From: Thalia democratica
Lineage: Eukaryota
DNA: 64,000 nt
Direction: 5' to 3'
Assembly: GCA_965202585.1 (NCBI GenBank)
Contig: OZ241828.1
Location: 25,668,001 to 25,732,000, forward strand
Shown: piece by piece, positions 12,701 through 27,197 of the stretch
Position numbering within the stretch: position 1 is the stretch's first letter
Layout of the letters: each line of letters opens with the position of its first letter
Translations under genes and position numbers: made by a program
Notes under the pieces: model-generated
What the model saw: only the letters and a program-made list of their open reading frames with translations
What the model was told of the DNA's origin: nothing
The model's database searches: none

Positions 12701-14230
12701 TATCTCTACTTACATCAGTATTAGGGCTGAAGCTACTCTAATAATCAATCTATTCTCTAACAACTCATTTTTTATAGTTAGTACCAAATTAGAACAAAAG
12801 TATACTTTTATAAGCTGTAATAAAATACTAAAAACATTTTAGAACATTTATTTTTTAATTTTATTGTCAAGCAAAATACACCCATTAACTCATTATCTTA
12901 CAGAACTAATAAAAAGGTGAAACAAAAAAGAATGTTTATAGTAAATTATTTTCTTATAAGTATTCAAGTAAGTTATAGGCCTAGTTTCAAACAATACACC
13001 ATAATTTCATTTTAAACAAAATAACATTAGAAAATAATTCAATTTTTTCAAAATTATATCTCAAATTACATCAAGTTTGTGGTAAAAGTTTTGTTGTAGC
13101 CTAAGTTTTTTTCCCATAACGAAAAAAAGCTTCTTTTTTTAGTTTTCGACAAACCACAGTCAAATATTACATGGAAATAAAATCTGAATACAGCTTAATA
13201 TTAATTTACTTGTAAGTATTTTTAAATTAATATTGACAATTTAAAACTCTTAAAGAATATATCAGCAAAATTCTAGTTAATCTTTAAGAAACAAAAACAG
13301 TTAAACATGCTCAGTTAAACAACTTCAAAAAATAACAACACAGAAACATTTCTGCTTTATTAAACTTAACTTTCAAAATAAAAACTATACAAAGCTTTCA
13401 GCTTTTAATCTTTATAAACTAACAGTCTAAATCTTTTGTTTTTCTTATATAGTATTGTTTTTGTGTTCAGTATAAACACAGTGTTTTAATCATTATGCAA
13501 CTTTAGTAGAGCACATATTTAAACTGACGCAAGTTTGAAAAAGTATTATCTAACTAACTTCAAAGAAAAGATTGCATGTTTCAAATATCATTGTGATTAA
13601 TTTGTGTTTAAAATTTAAACTATAACCTATAAGCTGGTTATATTCAACTGTTGCAAGGCTTTAACACAAACTAATTGTTTTATAGCTAATTAGCAATTTT
13701 TAAAAAAGCTTATTCTGCTAATTTGTGTAAAACTGTAAAGTGTGAAATTAACAAAATTTCTGCAAACTCAAAAAGCTAAGATTGTATAATCCCAAGTTTA
13801 TTTTTATTAAGTTGGCATACCAAATATAGTAAATAAAACACTAGAAACTTTTTGACTTAAGAAATCATAAACTTAGTGTTTTTAATATTTTGATTTTTTA
13901 ATTAAACAACATAGTTTTAAAATAAATTTTTATAAACTGAAACTTAAGTTTTATAAAAATAAACGAAACTGTTTTAATAAACCTTATATAAACTTGTTTC
14001 ATAAAGCTAACAAATTACCAAGACTTATTTTTTCAATTTTCTTTTAAAACTCAAAATATAACTCTTTTAGTACAAAATGTTTTTAAATGCATTACAACTA
14101 ACTTTAATAACTTTTCTATTTAACAAATCTAATTTACAACTACCTATTTTTCAACAAAAAGATCCACTATAAAATTTTACCAGTTTAAAACTAAAAAATG
14201 AGACAAACGAAAGAGTCGTCTCACTCTTAC

Positions 14231-14345
14231 GCGTTCGTTTCAAACTAAAAAAAAATATTGCAGCGCGCACCAATTTTTTACAAACTTTTTTCCTTTTCCA
14301 CCGCGCGCTTTTTTCTTGTTATTACAACTTTTCATACTGAAACGT
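14231..14345 (-). promoter_or_regulatory. candidate non-coding first exon
   Basis: Initiator-like TCAGT near 14338, two gcgcgc words, GC|gtaaga donor at 14230. Confidence 0.3.
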
Positions 14346-15275
14346 AAAACCTCGAGTCTTGGGTTACGGAACAAAAGAAAAAGCAAGTCGCTTCAAGTGT
14401 GTTTGTAAATAAATGTTTTTTTTTTTGGTGAACGCTTTTAAAATGTTATTTTTCTTTTGATATTTTCCCTCATTTTGACAGGATGCAATTTTTAAACAAG
14501 TTGTAAAAAAACTGGCATTTTTTAAATGTATTTTTGGTATTGAGTTTTTTTGGAAGGCTTGTTTCGACTAACTTTTGACTATCTATTTTAAATTGACATT
14601 GACTTTTGCACATTTTCCTTTTTTATAAAGTTTCATTTTTAAACAAGGTCAAACTTTATTTTTGGCATAAAAGATATAAATAATCTTGACATTCGATTAT
14701 TTTAATTATTGCCAGAAAAAGCTTTTATTTAATAAAAAATACTAAACTTGAGCATAGTAACTTCTGGAAACTTAACAAGGTTAAAAAAGTTTTCAAAACA
14801 TAAAAACAACTACTGTTTGAAATTATATATAGTTTTTTATACACTTGGAAGACTTAAAGTTTCTCATAAAGACAAAAAGTCACAAAAAAGCTATTGTATC
14901 TAAAATAATTTTTGGTGGTAAAAAACTGAAAAGTAATTTTATTTAACAAGATTTTGATATTAAACAAATATTTCAGTTTTATTCAATGTTTCAAACGAAA
15001 TTAAATAAAGTAAAATTTTTGACTAAACTAAATATTTTTTAAAACAAAAGCTTAGTTTATAAGTACTCCAGTAAATACATAAATATAACTTAAAATAGTT
15101 TTTTGCCAATTATTTTTGTACATTTATATGTTTAGATAAAATAAGGATACGACAAATATTTTAATCAAACGGAATATTTAACTTAAAGTTATGCAATATT
15201 TAAGCAAGCACTTTTTGTAACGAAATTAGTAAGTTATACAACGCTTCCAAAACTTTGATGTACTTTGAAGCGTTG

Positions 15276-15515
15276 TTAACTTTAAAGTACAAGTTATATG
15301 ACAAGTTTTTTTCTTTTGGCCTTTTCGTAGCTTAACTTTTGAGTTTTAACAAATAACTGAAATAGTTAATAAGCAAGTATTTATAGAAAAGTTTATAGAG
15401 TCTAAAGACTTGCACTTTGTTTAATAAGTTTAAATCACAAAGGAAGTAACTAAAAGTAAAATGACAAGTTATTCTTCCTTGGCTTTTCAGGGGCTTAACT
15501 TTTAAGATTTTTACA
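15276..15515 (+). repeat. degenerate tandem duplication, unit about 170 bp
   Basis: atgacaagtt..tct..ttggc.ttt..g..gcttaactttt twice. Confidence 0.7.
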
Positions 15516-18500
15516 TTTTTTTAAGTATTGCTACATTAGGGTAATTACTGTGATGTACATTTCCTTTGTTTTAAGTTTTTATCAATTTTTAAACAAAACT
15601 ACTCAAAAAATGTCTTTTATTAGAACTGTTAAGTAAGTAAAGTTAGAATAAACTAAAAGATGGTATTTCTAATTAAACTAGTTAGTTTTAAAGTTATGAA
15701 CCACCTTATCGAAAAACTTATTCATCTAACTTTTTTTAAACTTAAAACCAAATGAGAACACAAGTAGTCATCAAACAGTGAGAAACTTGCTTTACAGCAC
15801 TTAAAAGACGTGGGACTTTTTATTAACTTGAAACGACAATAGGAAGCTTGTCAGATGAAGTGACAAGCAGTTATCAAGTTCACACACTACTTGCATTTGT
15901 ATAAGTACATATGAGCGCTCATTTATTACTGCCATGACATGCTCATTACTATCTCATGCATATGTTGTTTACGGTGGTGAGTATTATAAAATTTTAAGTG
16001 TTTTGATAGTGTGAAAGTTTTGTAACTTTTTAGTTGCTGATAGTAAATTAACTAATTAAAAATATTTTGATCGCTCCTGAAAATGACAACAGGTTAGTAA
16101 ACTGAACATGTATCTAAGGGTTTTATTGTTGCAATTTTTAAAGAGTTTTATAGTTTTGAAAGTAAAAGTACATGTAAACGTGCAAAAATTTAGTTATTAA
16201 AAAAACTTAGTAAACTAATTATACCAGTTTGAATTTGTTCAAACAAAAGGTTTAATTAGTTTTTTAGTTTATGATATGATTAATTCTTGTTTTTTTCAGT
16301 ACAAGCTTAATTCATCTTGCAAATTAATACAATTCACTCATCAATTATCTCATAAAGTTATGATAATGATAGGGGTATTGTATGGGAGAGGCTTCATTTT
16401 TATGACAGTGAGTTTAAACTCGGTAAAGTTGATTATTTATGAGAAATGAAAATTTTAGATAAATGTATTAAACTTGTCTTTTTTTATGTATAGATATAAT
16501 ATGTAGCTTTTGTGGTTAAAAGTATTTTTTATTTCAACTTTAATGAATTGTTAGCTAAAAGTATTTAAAAAACAACTCTGTAAGTGTTTGCACATACTTG
16601 AAGTTCTTAAATTTTACTAAATAATGAATAAATTTGCTAGCAAATAGAAAACTAATTGCAATTAATTAACTTATAAGGTGTGTGAAAAACAAACACAAAT
16701 GTTTTGAGTATTTTGACAAATATAAACAAACTCTGCTGATTATTTTACGTAAATGTAGTGATTGAGTGTAAAATCGTTACTAGTTAAATTCTTAACTTTA
16801 AATAAGTGTTTAAATATTGTCTACTAAACTTAAATTATTTGAAAAAAATATTGTTTAATTTATTTTTCATTTTCTTGTATATGTAAAAACAAATCAGTTT
16901 ATTTTTCTTTTTTAAACAAACTTAACTATGTTTTCGTTCTTAACCCATTTTTCTGTGAACCTCAAAAAAGAATTAAATTTTTTTAAAATAAATCTAAAAA
17001 TAGATTAATTTGTTTATATTCTTAACCAAATATTAACTTTTGCTTCAAATGATAAAGTAAAAATACTTTAGCTTTATTCTGTTTTAATTTTTGTCACACA
17101 TCCTGCATTTAAAATACAGCTGAAATAAACTAAATAAAACTTGAACCTAAAATAACTCTAGACTATTTTTCGTTATCTGCTTTTCTTCCTTGATAAAAAA
17201 CAATAAAAATAAATTTAAAAACTTTTTATCTAAGTAGCTGTCTGAAGCACATGCTTTTACCAGTTGTTGCTTTCTAATATTAGACGAATCTATTTGCAAC
17301 AGTTACTTATGTACTTCTAAATAAATTCAAAGAATTCAAGGAGAATGGCATTATAAGTTTCTACCACCATATTTAATTTGATTATTATTCAATATGAGAG
17401 AGTTTTAACCTAAACTATGCAGTGATAGTGAATTAACTGAATTACAAAGTGTTTTTAGGAGTATAGCTTGCTTACTAGTATACCTTAAAATAGTTTCTAA
17501 TCAAAATTAGATATAAATTAATAAAAGTTTAAATGCATTTAAAAAAAGCATGTTACCGTATTTTATACTTATTAATTTTAAAACATTGTTGTAGTATAAT
17601 AAATTTGTAGTGTTCGAAACGAAAAAAGAAACTTTACCCGAGTTGAAATTATTAAGCTTAAAAATTTAAATTAACAAATTTGAATAATTGTCAGGCTGGA
17701 AACACAATCTAAAGACGTAAAAATCCTAACAGCTGAAAATAGATAATTTTTACGCCAACTTTCAAGTTAACAACTACGCATTCAGTATAGATTTACCTAT
17801 AAGCTCTTGGCTCAACTTTGCAAAAATAATTGCCTATTCTGCCTAACAAAACAACATTTACAGTCGCTTTAAAAAGAAATAATTTGACTAGTATTTTCCT
17901 TCTTTTATTATTTATCTAAATGTTTTTTGTACCACTACTTAATACCACAATGAACTTATGTTCTGTGGCTACATGATTGGACTTTTAAACATCTCATGAT
18001 GTTTGTAAACAAAATAAGAAAAATGTATGCTTTGTACACTAAATTAACCTTTGAACTTTAGAACAAAGGTCTTTCGACTGGTATACTTGAGTAATTAAGA
18101 AAATTATTAGATAACAACAAACCGTTTATTTATATAATGAACGAGTTTATTTTATTTTAGATAAGTAAGTATTTGTGCTTATTTTGTTTGAAAGTTAGTT
18201 AAGGATAAATTCTTGTTTAACTTATTGATTATACAAGATTAAAAAACTGTTATCTGAAAAATTTAATCCGAGCAATCCTAAAAAACCTAACAACTACTTT
18301 TATGGGTTAAATCAAAATATTTAGATTGTAAATAATAAACAAAGGGTTTTTGAAGTCAAACTGTATTATAAAGAAGTTTTATATACAATTAGTTATAAAA
18401 CATAAAAGTTTTACATTTCTTTGTATCTTACTAATGTTGCAAAATATTTCAAGTATAATAAAATAATCCTGTATAACACAATAATGTCACGTATATTGAA

Positions 18501-21500
18501 CAAATGTCATTTAGATATTCATATAAACCACGTATGAAATGCATTTGTTTTAGATTAACCTTAAGCTTGAAGAACACACATCTACCGCAGTAATCTCAAA
18601 AACATTTAAGCAATATAAAGTAGCTTAATTCCTTACAGCTATAGACATAACATACTAACAAAAGTTTTTGAATAAGTTTGCTTTTCAAGATGCATTATTA
18701 TTAAATTTTAAATAGTATTGACTTTAATTAGTTTGGGTTTTAATTTAATAAAAATTTAAAGTCACATGTTGTTTAGTTAAAAGATAGAATAAAACACTTC
18801 AAGTTAATATAACTTCGAGTACTTAGAATAAAACTAATTTAAGAAAATGTATATATAACTGCTTAAAATAAAATCTTCAATTAAAGCAGGATAAAATGCT
18901 TAAACAATTTAGTAAACAAAACTAAAACGTAACGAAAAAGCAAATACCGTACGCTCTCAATTTTCTTTGGAAATAACAAAAACAAATTAATCCTAACAAC
19001 AAACAAATATTACTCAAACAGGCCACTTACACAAAAAGGTCCCTCTTTTACGAAAAAAAAAACGCAGGTTAAAAGGAAAGCTTTTCAAGTGAGCTATAAA
19101 TAGAACGTGTATCGATTTTTCACTTTTCCTTTGTAAAATCACGTCTGAATTGCAAATTAGCTGCGGTTTATCTGATTTTCCAATGCGAAAATTAACCTAG
19201 CTGATTCTTTAGTATAATAACGTTTTGAAATTTTGTAATTTTTATTACGTTTTTCTACTAAACCTTTACTTACAACAAGTTAGGTTTTTTATTTGTAGCT
19301 GTTTTAGACTCTTTGAATGCTGATACTTTGGTCTATACGCGATTAGACTTGATAGATTAAGTGAAAAAAATTGTATGTTAAGTGAGTGATTTGAAATTCT
19401 AACCAACTGCGGTCAAAAGACATATTTTCCTGAACTTAATTCGAAAGTTCTTCAGTCAATTTGATTTAATTTTGTCAAAGCATGGATAAAAGTTTTACTT
19501 TAGTAGAAATTAAGGTCAGATGTTTATAATAGCAAACTTTTAGTAATCCAAAGATAACGTTTTGTGTGTTGTAAGTAAACTTCGTTAAAGTATTAAAAAG
19601 TTTTAAATTTTTAAAATTAGAACTATAAAGTTTTGAAAATCAATCACGTTTATTTTTTATTTTAAATTTTTTTTATGCTAAATTTTGTTTCATTTTAAAC
19701 TAGGATAAAGTAAACAAATTTGATTAAAATGCTCTTATACTTTGTATATATAAAAGCTTCATTTTACTCATTAGTCATCTACTAATAACACAATTTTTAA
19801 CATGAATAAAACAAAGTGTATACTCAATTTTTTTACGATTAAAGTACTAAACATTTCAAAAAAAAGATAACAAATTCAGTATTTTGATATTACTCAAATC
19901 AATAAAGTTTACTGTTTTATAACTTTAAACTAAACACTTCAAAGAAATACTTTTGAAACCACTAAAACTCATTAGGAACATATGGTGGAATATTTTGTAA
20001 ACTAATTAGTCAACTTTATCAAGGAAAAATAAAATTTTCGATCAATAAACTTGAATGTTTCAAATCATGAGCAAATTCTAAACGAGCGACAACAATTATA
20101 ATTCAATCAAGCCCGTATGTTGGGCTAATTTGTAGGTTAATAATTTAATTTAAACTCATGAACAAATAGATTTGCAGCGATATTTAAGAGTGAGTTAAAG
20201 TGAACTGTAGTACTATTAAATAAAACACATATTCATGGTTTAATAAAGACAATTTAAAGCATAAATGATCTTAAAATGTCATAATATAGAATAAATCCTA
20301 TAAAAAATTTTATGTTTTGTAGTATACTTTGAAAAAAAAAAGTTTATAAAAAAGTTTTTTTCATATTAAAATACTACTACTTAACCTATACTTTAAGATA
20401 TTGCTTATAAAAAAATATCAAGAACAAAAGTATAACAAGAGCAAAAATAATGATTGCTCATTAATATCCTATGCTTGGTAGATTTTAAGTTGAATCAGAC
20501 ATATTAATCACAATATTTTTATCTACCTAAATCACATAAAAATAAATCAAAAAATAAATAAAAGTTTTGATAAAAATAAAAGCCCTGGTGTATTAGATAA
20601 AGCATGGTGAATATAGACATAAAAAATTACTTTAATTTACTGTTTTTTTCATTAACCTTTGTCTAAAACTAACTTGATAAAAAAACAAATAAATATTAGT
20701 GTTTTATAAGTAATCCATTTTGTTTTCAATTATCATATGTTGTTAAAGACTAACAACATTTAAATTTTAAAAAAGACAACAAGCAAAAAAGACTTGAGAT
20801 ATTTTTCACTAATTTAGAACAAACAAACTATTTTAAATTTGTAAAGTATTACGTTCTAATAAAAACATATTGGTAAATAACTAATGTATTCGCTACATAT
20901 GGATGAATTTACAAGTTAACAAGTAATCTATCTCTAAAAAAAACACAAAAAAACGAGTCTTTTTTTTTATCCTTAGTTTATTTCATCCATAATTAATTTT
21001 GCGTTTCTTTGACGTAGGTAACAAATGACATTCAAATAAGTAAATCCTTTATAACAAAATAAAAAAAGCAATGTAATTGAAATCAATAAAACAAACTTTA
21101 ATAGTCAAATCATAGTTGTATATTAAGTATTAGGAAAATGTTTATTGATTTAAAGAAACAGCATGATAATTTTCAGCTATAATACTAATGTGATTCTGAA
21201 AACAGTAAAATGGGAATATTTTATGTTTCATCAATAATTTACGTTCCAATGTGCACATATGCGCGTGCTATGACGTATATTCGAAATATCATTTTAATGA
21301 CTCAACCTCAAAAAGCTTTTGTTCTTTCATTAAGACGAATTGATGCATTGTGACTAACAATAACGTTTTGTTTTATTTGCTTAAACTTGAAAGCATTAGC
21401 TTATTAGGAAATTGTCTCTTGGGGGATTAAAAAAGTCTGTTAATTTATTTTAATCATTATATTCTCTGTGATGAATTAAAATATTTTCCTATTGTTTTGA

Positions 21501-22155
21501 GTTTATGATGGGTCTAAATCAATTTATGTTCTTCTTAGTTTATACAATAAGTTTTTCAAGACACACAATTTCAAAAAAGCTAGATATATTTCGAGCATAA
21601 CCGTTTGATTTAAAACTAACATAACTAAAGAACAAAATGCTCAAGTAATAACGAAATTACTTAAATCTGTTTGCTTCTAGCAAAATTAATAGACTTTTAC
21701 AGTTTTTTTTTTAGTATACGAATTATCATATGAAGCTTAACACGCGCTTTGTACTTTTTCGACTGAGGAAAAAAGCAGAAGTAGAATAAGTAAGTTCATA
21801 TTTTAAATTATTTATAAGCCGTAGTAGAAAATCGCTTTGAAAAAGCCACAAGTTTTGAATTTATGCCTAGGTTTCAGTTTAGCATCAGCTTTTAACAGTT
21901 GCTTTAGCGGCTTTTCATCTCACTACAACTGAGCGTACAAAAGTAATAAAAACTTGTTTTCAAAGCTTAAATAAATCATTAGCAATAATGAGAACCAGTT
22001 TATAAAATAACTTGGTGTCTTTAACCGGTAACAAAGGTACTTTAAACTTTTTGAAAATGTTCTATGTAACTAAAATTGGTTCTTTTTAATCAAATTATCA
22101 AAGCTAGGAACAAAAAAATTAAAACAGTAAGTTTATATATTTAGTAATTCATAAA

Positions 22156-22720
22156 GCCGTACTACAAAACCGCGCACAAAAAAAAAACTTTAATTTCCAC
22201 CAGTTTCATTTCAAACTTCACCGCTGCATTTAGCTATACTAAAATTCATAAGATTATTTAATTTTTTAAACTAGTAACAATACAAACAAAATATATATAT
22301 CAAATATTTCATACTACAAAACCAATATCAAAAGCAACAGTTTACAGTACCATTTCAAGTTTGACTATTACTTTTAATTTTATTAAAGTTTATTTGTTTA
22401 TTGAAATTTTTCAATCTACCAATAAATACACAACAAAAATAATAAGTTTATATATTAAACATTTTATACTACAAAACAACTATCAAAACAAAAATTTTAT
22501 TTATTTTTCGTCATTTAAATTTTAATCATTACTTTTAGTCAAACGAAAATAAAGTAAAGTGGATACAAAAGTACATAATAAAAATTATAACAAAATAAAA
22601 CTAAAACTACAAAAAAAAAATATTTAACATTCGTATATTCTACAACAAAACTAGTAGTAACTTTTGTTTCAAACAGTATCATTTCAATTTTGACCATTAC
22701 TTTTAGTTTTTATTGATTAA
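22156..22720 (+). repeat. degenerate tandem array, 4 units of about 160 bp
   Basis: Repeated tactacaaaac..., catttcaa.tttgac.attactttta blocks. Confidence 0.7.
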
Positions 22721-23824
22721 GGCCATCTGGTACACAGAGAAACTAGTTTCCTTTTGTCTGCTTGACTTGTACTTTTGTTTGACATACAAGCTACTTTCGT
22801 GTTTTCTTTACTAAAAACTTACCTTGGACGAAAATCTCATGTTGTTTTTATATGAAATAATGGATTGAAAGAAGTATTGACAGCTTAGTAAATACAATGT
22901 GTTCCATTATGGAACGTAGATAAATCTATAAGTTGTGTTTTTGTAATGATAAGTATTACAACAAAAAATATTAGTAATAGATATGTAACATAAATAAAAT
23001 GTTGTTATAACTAGTTTTATCAAAATAAAAAAGTCTTTTCTAACAAATTAACGCATTTTCAGTAAAAATACAATGCACTTTAAATATGTTTTCATTCGAG
23101 TAGTATTGTTATACTTTTTTATTAACTAACTTGACAAAAATAAGTTATCTAATAATAAAAAAAGCAATTTTTTGTGTAAACAATCAAAGTCTTTGTTAAA
23201 ATTAAATTTAGAGTTCATACTACAAACCAAACAAAGAATAAACCATAAAGCGACAAACTTCATTTAAAAATACCTACTTTTAGCGTATTATAAGCCCTTA
23301 CAAAGACTTTAAAAAGAAAAAACTACATAATAAAAAGTTATAAAACTATAAGCTTACAAACACTAACAATAAAATTAGAGCTGACAAACTCAACAATGAA
23401 ACTTTCATTTTGTACATACATATCAACATTAAACTACAAAAGCAAAAGTATAAAAACATACAAACAAAAGTACATGTACTTGCAAATGTAAACACCAGTA
23501 AAAGTAATTATCTAAATAATAGAACAAATTATATTTAAAATTTAAACAAACAAAAACTGCTACAAATTAATACCTGATGCAACATATAAACATCTACAAC
23601 AACATTTTTGCTTCAATATTAAAACTTCTGCTGTCTAAACACACTTAACAAAAGTACAAGTGGCACTTGTACACTTCTAAACAAACTTTTCTCTCTATAT
23701 ATCTACATTCACACATTCACAAATGAATGATAACAAAAACCGGAATCTTGCAAAGTGTAAAAACTTCAATCAAAAGAGAAGCGATGTACCAAAAAAAAAA
23801 AGCGAGAAAAAAAGAAAAAGTCAC

Positions 23825-23956
23825 CTCACAAATTCCAAGCTTCTCATTGGTCCATTTTCCAGGGTCCACACTTGACTCCTGACTATCAAGGTTCCTGAAC
23901 AAGTAATCAGGAAAGTTTCTGTCGGGGTGACGGGTCCTGGTCGAGATGTTTCCCAT
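23825..23956 (-). CDS. ATG-initiated 44-codon exon MGNISTRTRHPDRNFPDYLFRNLDSQESSVDPGKWTNEKLGICE, probable alternative first coding exon
   Basis: GC rises abruptly at the ATG (gtcATGG), third codon positions are GC-rich in this frame, and GC drops at a GAG|gtgact phase-0 donor followed by T-rich sequence. Confidence 0.6.
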
Positions 23957-26149
23957 GACAACGTTGTTGTGGTGACGCAATAGCAAAAAAGAATTGTTGC
24001 TAAGCAAATCGTGATAGATGGAAGAGAAGTTTTGAATGAAGTAGTAATTACTATGATGTCATAAGCAGTCTTGTGTATGACCTTCGAAATCGATAAATAT
24101 ATATATATATATGCATACTTGCGAATATACTGACTGTACTGCAATAATGGAAGCGCATATCAAAGTCTGTAGTCTTTTCAGACTGATTTAGACAAATTAC
24201 TTTGCTATGAACATTTTAAAGCTCGAACTTTTTTTTTAAACAAAAGTTGTGAAGTAGTATAAAAAATGTCATTTAAGTATATATATGAAGTAGTAAAGTA
24301 TTTATACTTTTATAATATTTCTACGTTTACTCTGTATTTAACAAAAGTTTGAGGATTTCGTATAAAAATTTTTTTAAACTTGTCAAGCTTAAAATCCAAA
24401 ATGTATTTTGATTAGTTTTCTGAAGTCATATGTATATAATAAAGGTAAATATAAAAATCTGAGTGTTTACATGCCGATAAAGTCAGTGTTTTAACACAGA
24501 TTTATACAGATGACTTTATACTTTCGAACTATCAACTAAAACTTGAACTTTCGATATTTCTAAGCTATTTTCATTTAAATAGCAGTTTTGCATATTGCTT
24601 TTGAAGTGTCCTTATGTGTTGTACTCTACTGAGTAATTATAAAAAACATAGTGTCGATATTTCCACTATAAATTGTTTATATACTGTCAGTTTCAATTTG
24701 AGCTTTACATACTCAAAAACTATTCTTGCAAACAAATCTGACCTAAAAATTTCATTTAGTCTACTTGAATATATTTACTTATACACTATACTTGGCAAAC
24801 CTGGCACAAAATAAAATCAATACACGTTTGTTAGAGGTGTCAGTGTTTTCACACTTAACTTAACAACGTTTTACGCATGAACTGCTTGAACTTTTCAACT
24901 TTGCAAATTGAATCGCTACGTCATTATGTGTATCCTGTTCTTGTTAGCTAGCTGCATGGCGTTTAAAAAACTCTTTGTTGTTTTTACGCAAATAAACTTA
25001 CCAACTGAGCTGTACCTTATGAACACATTTACTTTGTAGTAGTTAAACTCATAACTTGAACTATAGTTGTTTCTGATTGGAACTTTTCCGTTTTTTCAAT
25101 TTTTTAATTCTTAAGTATTATTTGTTTACATGTTTATCTTGATAAAAATGTTTAGCTAGTTATTTAAAAATTGCTAAAAGGTTAAAAATTTTACGTGTTG
25201 ATAGTATTTTGTTTGTACAATAGATAAGAAAGTTTCATAGTTAATCTTTAACATGTTATAATCGGTTCAACTACTCACGAACAACCTTTAATAGCCAATT
25301 TTGTTAGAAAATCGCAAAAAAATCACTTTGAATTAAAAATGCTTTGAGTTTCTACATAAACAATTTTTTTGAGTGTATAGCTTTATTTATCTATAGTAAT
25401 TGTAAACTCATTCTTTACTGATTGTATCTTTTTGTTAGTTATGATAAAGCTGTTTGATAACAAATTAAAATGTTTTCAAAGCTTTTGTGGAGCACGATTT
25501 TTTTTCGACAAAGCCTTAAATGTTTGCATTTGATAAAGTTTATTTACAAAATTTTATCAACATTTTCATCACGTTTTTACCAAAAGCTGCAAATAAGCTG
25601 GGTTTATAACACAACATTGAAGAAAATAATGTTTTATCAAAAAGATCATTCTAAAGCTTATCAATTTTTTTTTAAGCGAGTAAAAGTTTAATAAAACTCA
25701 TTACCTTAGTATAACTAAACAAAGCAACAAAAAAGCATAACCCCAAATTAAATTCACATCATAAAAGATAAAATAGAACCGCAAAGCTATAAACATCAAA
25801 TAAAACAAAAAAGTAAATGAAAAATAAACCAACAGGCTGACCGTAAGAGTTGTAAATGGTCAAGAAGAAAATTTCTGAAAAAAAAGTAATCAGATTAATA
25901 AGAATTATTTATTCTACGCTATTCATACTTAGTACTTACTTGTTCTACTTTTTGTACAAATATAGTGATACATTTTGCGTGTATACCTAAGAGGGTTCAA
26001 TCTAAGTGAGCAGAATTTTTCAACTAAACTTTACTACAAAGCGTTTAAAAGTTATTGACTAGCTTTGGCACGACTTCAAAAGCTGCTAAAGTCTAGCGAA
26101 GTTTAGCCGATTTAAAAGTGCAATATTGAAGTTTTACGTTAAAAAGAGA

Positions 26150-27100
26150 GCATGTAGGTACGAAACACCAACGTAAAAAGTGCTGGATCGTAAAGCGCGT
26201 GAAATTTCCTTATAAAATATTGATGAAGTTTTGAATATAATCTATAAATAGCATGAGTGCGTACGCCGTTGTATAACTATAAAAGGTATGCTGTAGACTT
26301 TTTACAGATTGTATTTTAAAAAATAAACTATAGACTTTTATTAAATATTTATTGAAAGACGTGTCTACTAAACGTAAACGGATTTGAAACAGATTTTGCT
26401 GCTTTAAACTTCTATAGTGTAGTAAATAGTACAATCTACATAAAAGAGAAGAGTTATACCTGTACTCACTGCTTAACTCTGATATGTAAATTAGTAAAAC
26501 TTTTTTGTTGTTTTTAGTCGTTATCAAAAATAGTAACACCGTTTATAATATGTCGCCAACATTAAGAGATTTCAATAAAACACTATTTTGAAAGTTTAGT
26601 GACGTATTGAATGTTTCACAGCGTAAGTTCTTGCTCATTAAATATTGTTAAATACTTCCAAAAACTATCAGTTACATGGAGTAAAGGTAAATTGCATGAT
26701 AGTTTATGCCGTTGTATAAGTCTTAAAGGTATGCTATAGACTTTTATACACTATTTATAAAATATATACTGTAGACTTTTATGAAATATTAATTACATGG
26801 CACGTCTTCAAGAGTAAAAGCTTTTGTAAAACGGTTTATTACAGCATTATATGTACACAATGAAGTAATAGACATATATTTCACATAAAACAGTGTTACC
26901 TTTAATTTGCATGTGGCTTTTTTACATAAGTCGGTGATACTCTGGTATTGCTTTTAGTTATCTATCAAAATAAAACTTTATATTCTTCCGCCAACAAATG
27001 GGGATTAAATAAAACGCTACTTTGGAAGTTTAATGGCACTGTATGAATATTTTAGAACGTAAACGGCATGAAATTTTTATTATCAAATATTGATGAAAAT
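26150..27100 (+). repeat. degenerate tandem duplication, unit about 440-500 bp
   Basis: gccgttgtataa....aaaggtatgctRtagactttt and cgccaaca....aataaaacRcta blocks each twice. Confidence 0.7.
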
Positions 27101-27197
27101 ATTATTGCTAAAATAAGCTGGGAAACTTTGGTATTGTAGACTGATGATCTCCTAAATACAGTCTTTTTTGGTGAGAGTTTTTTTTGGTGAACTAATA

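Noticed and set aside
23717-23824. Hydrophobic TM-like tail (VTFSFFLAFFFWY...) of the 96-aa ORF
   Set aside because: Derives from poly-T sequence right after a consensus donor; most likely intron
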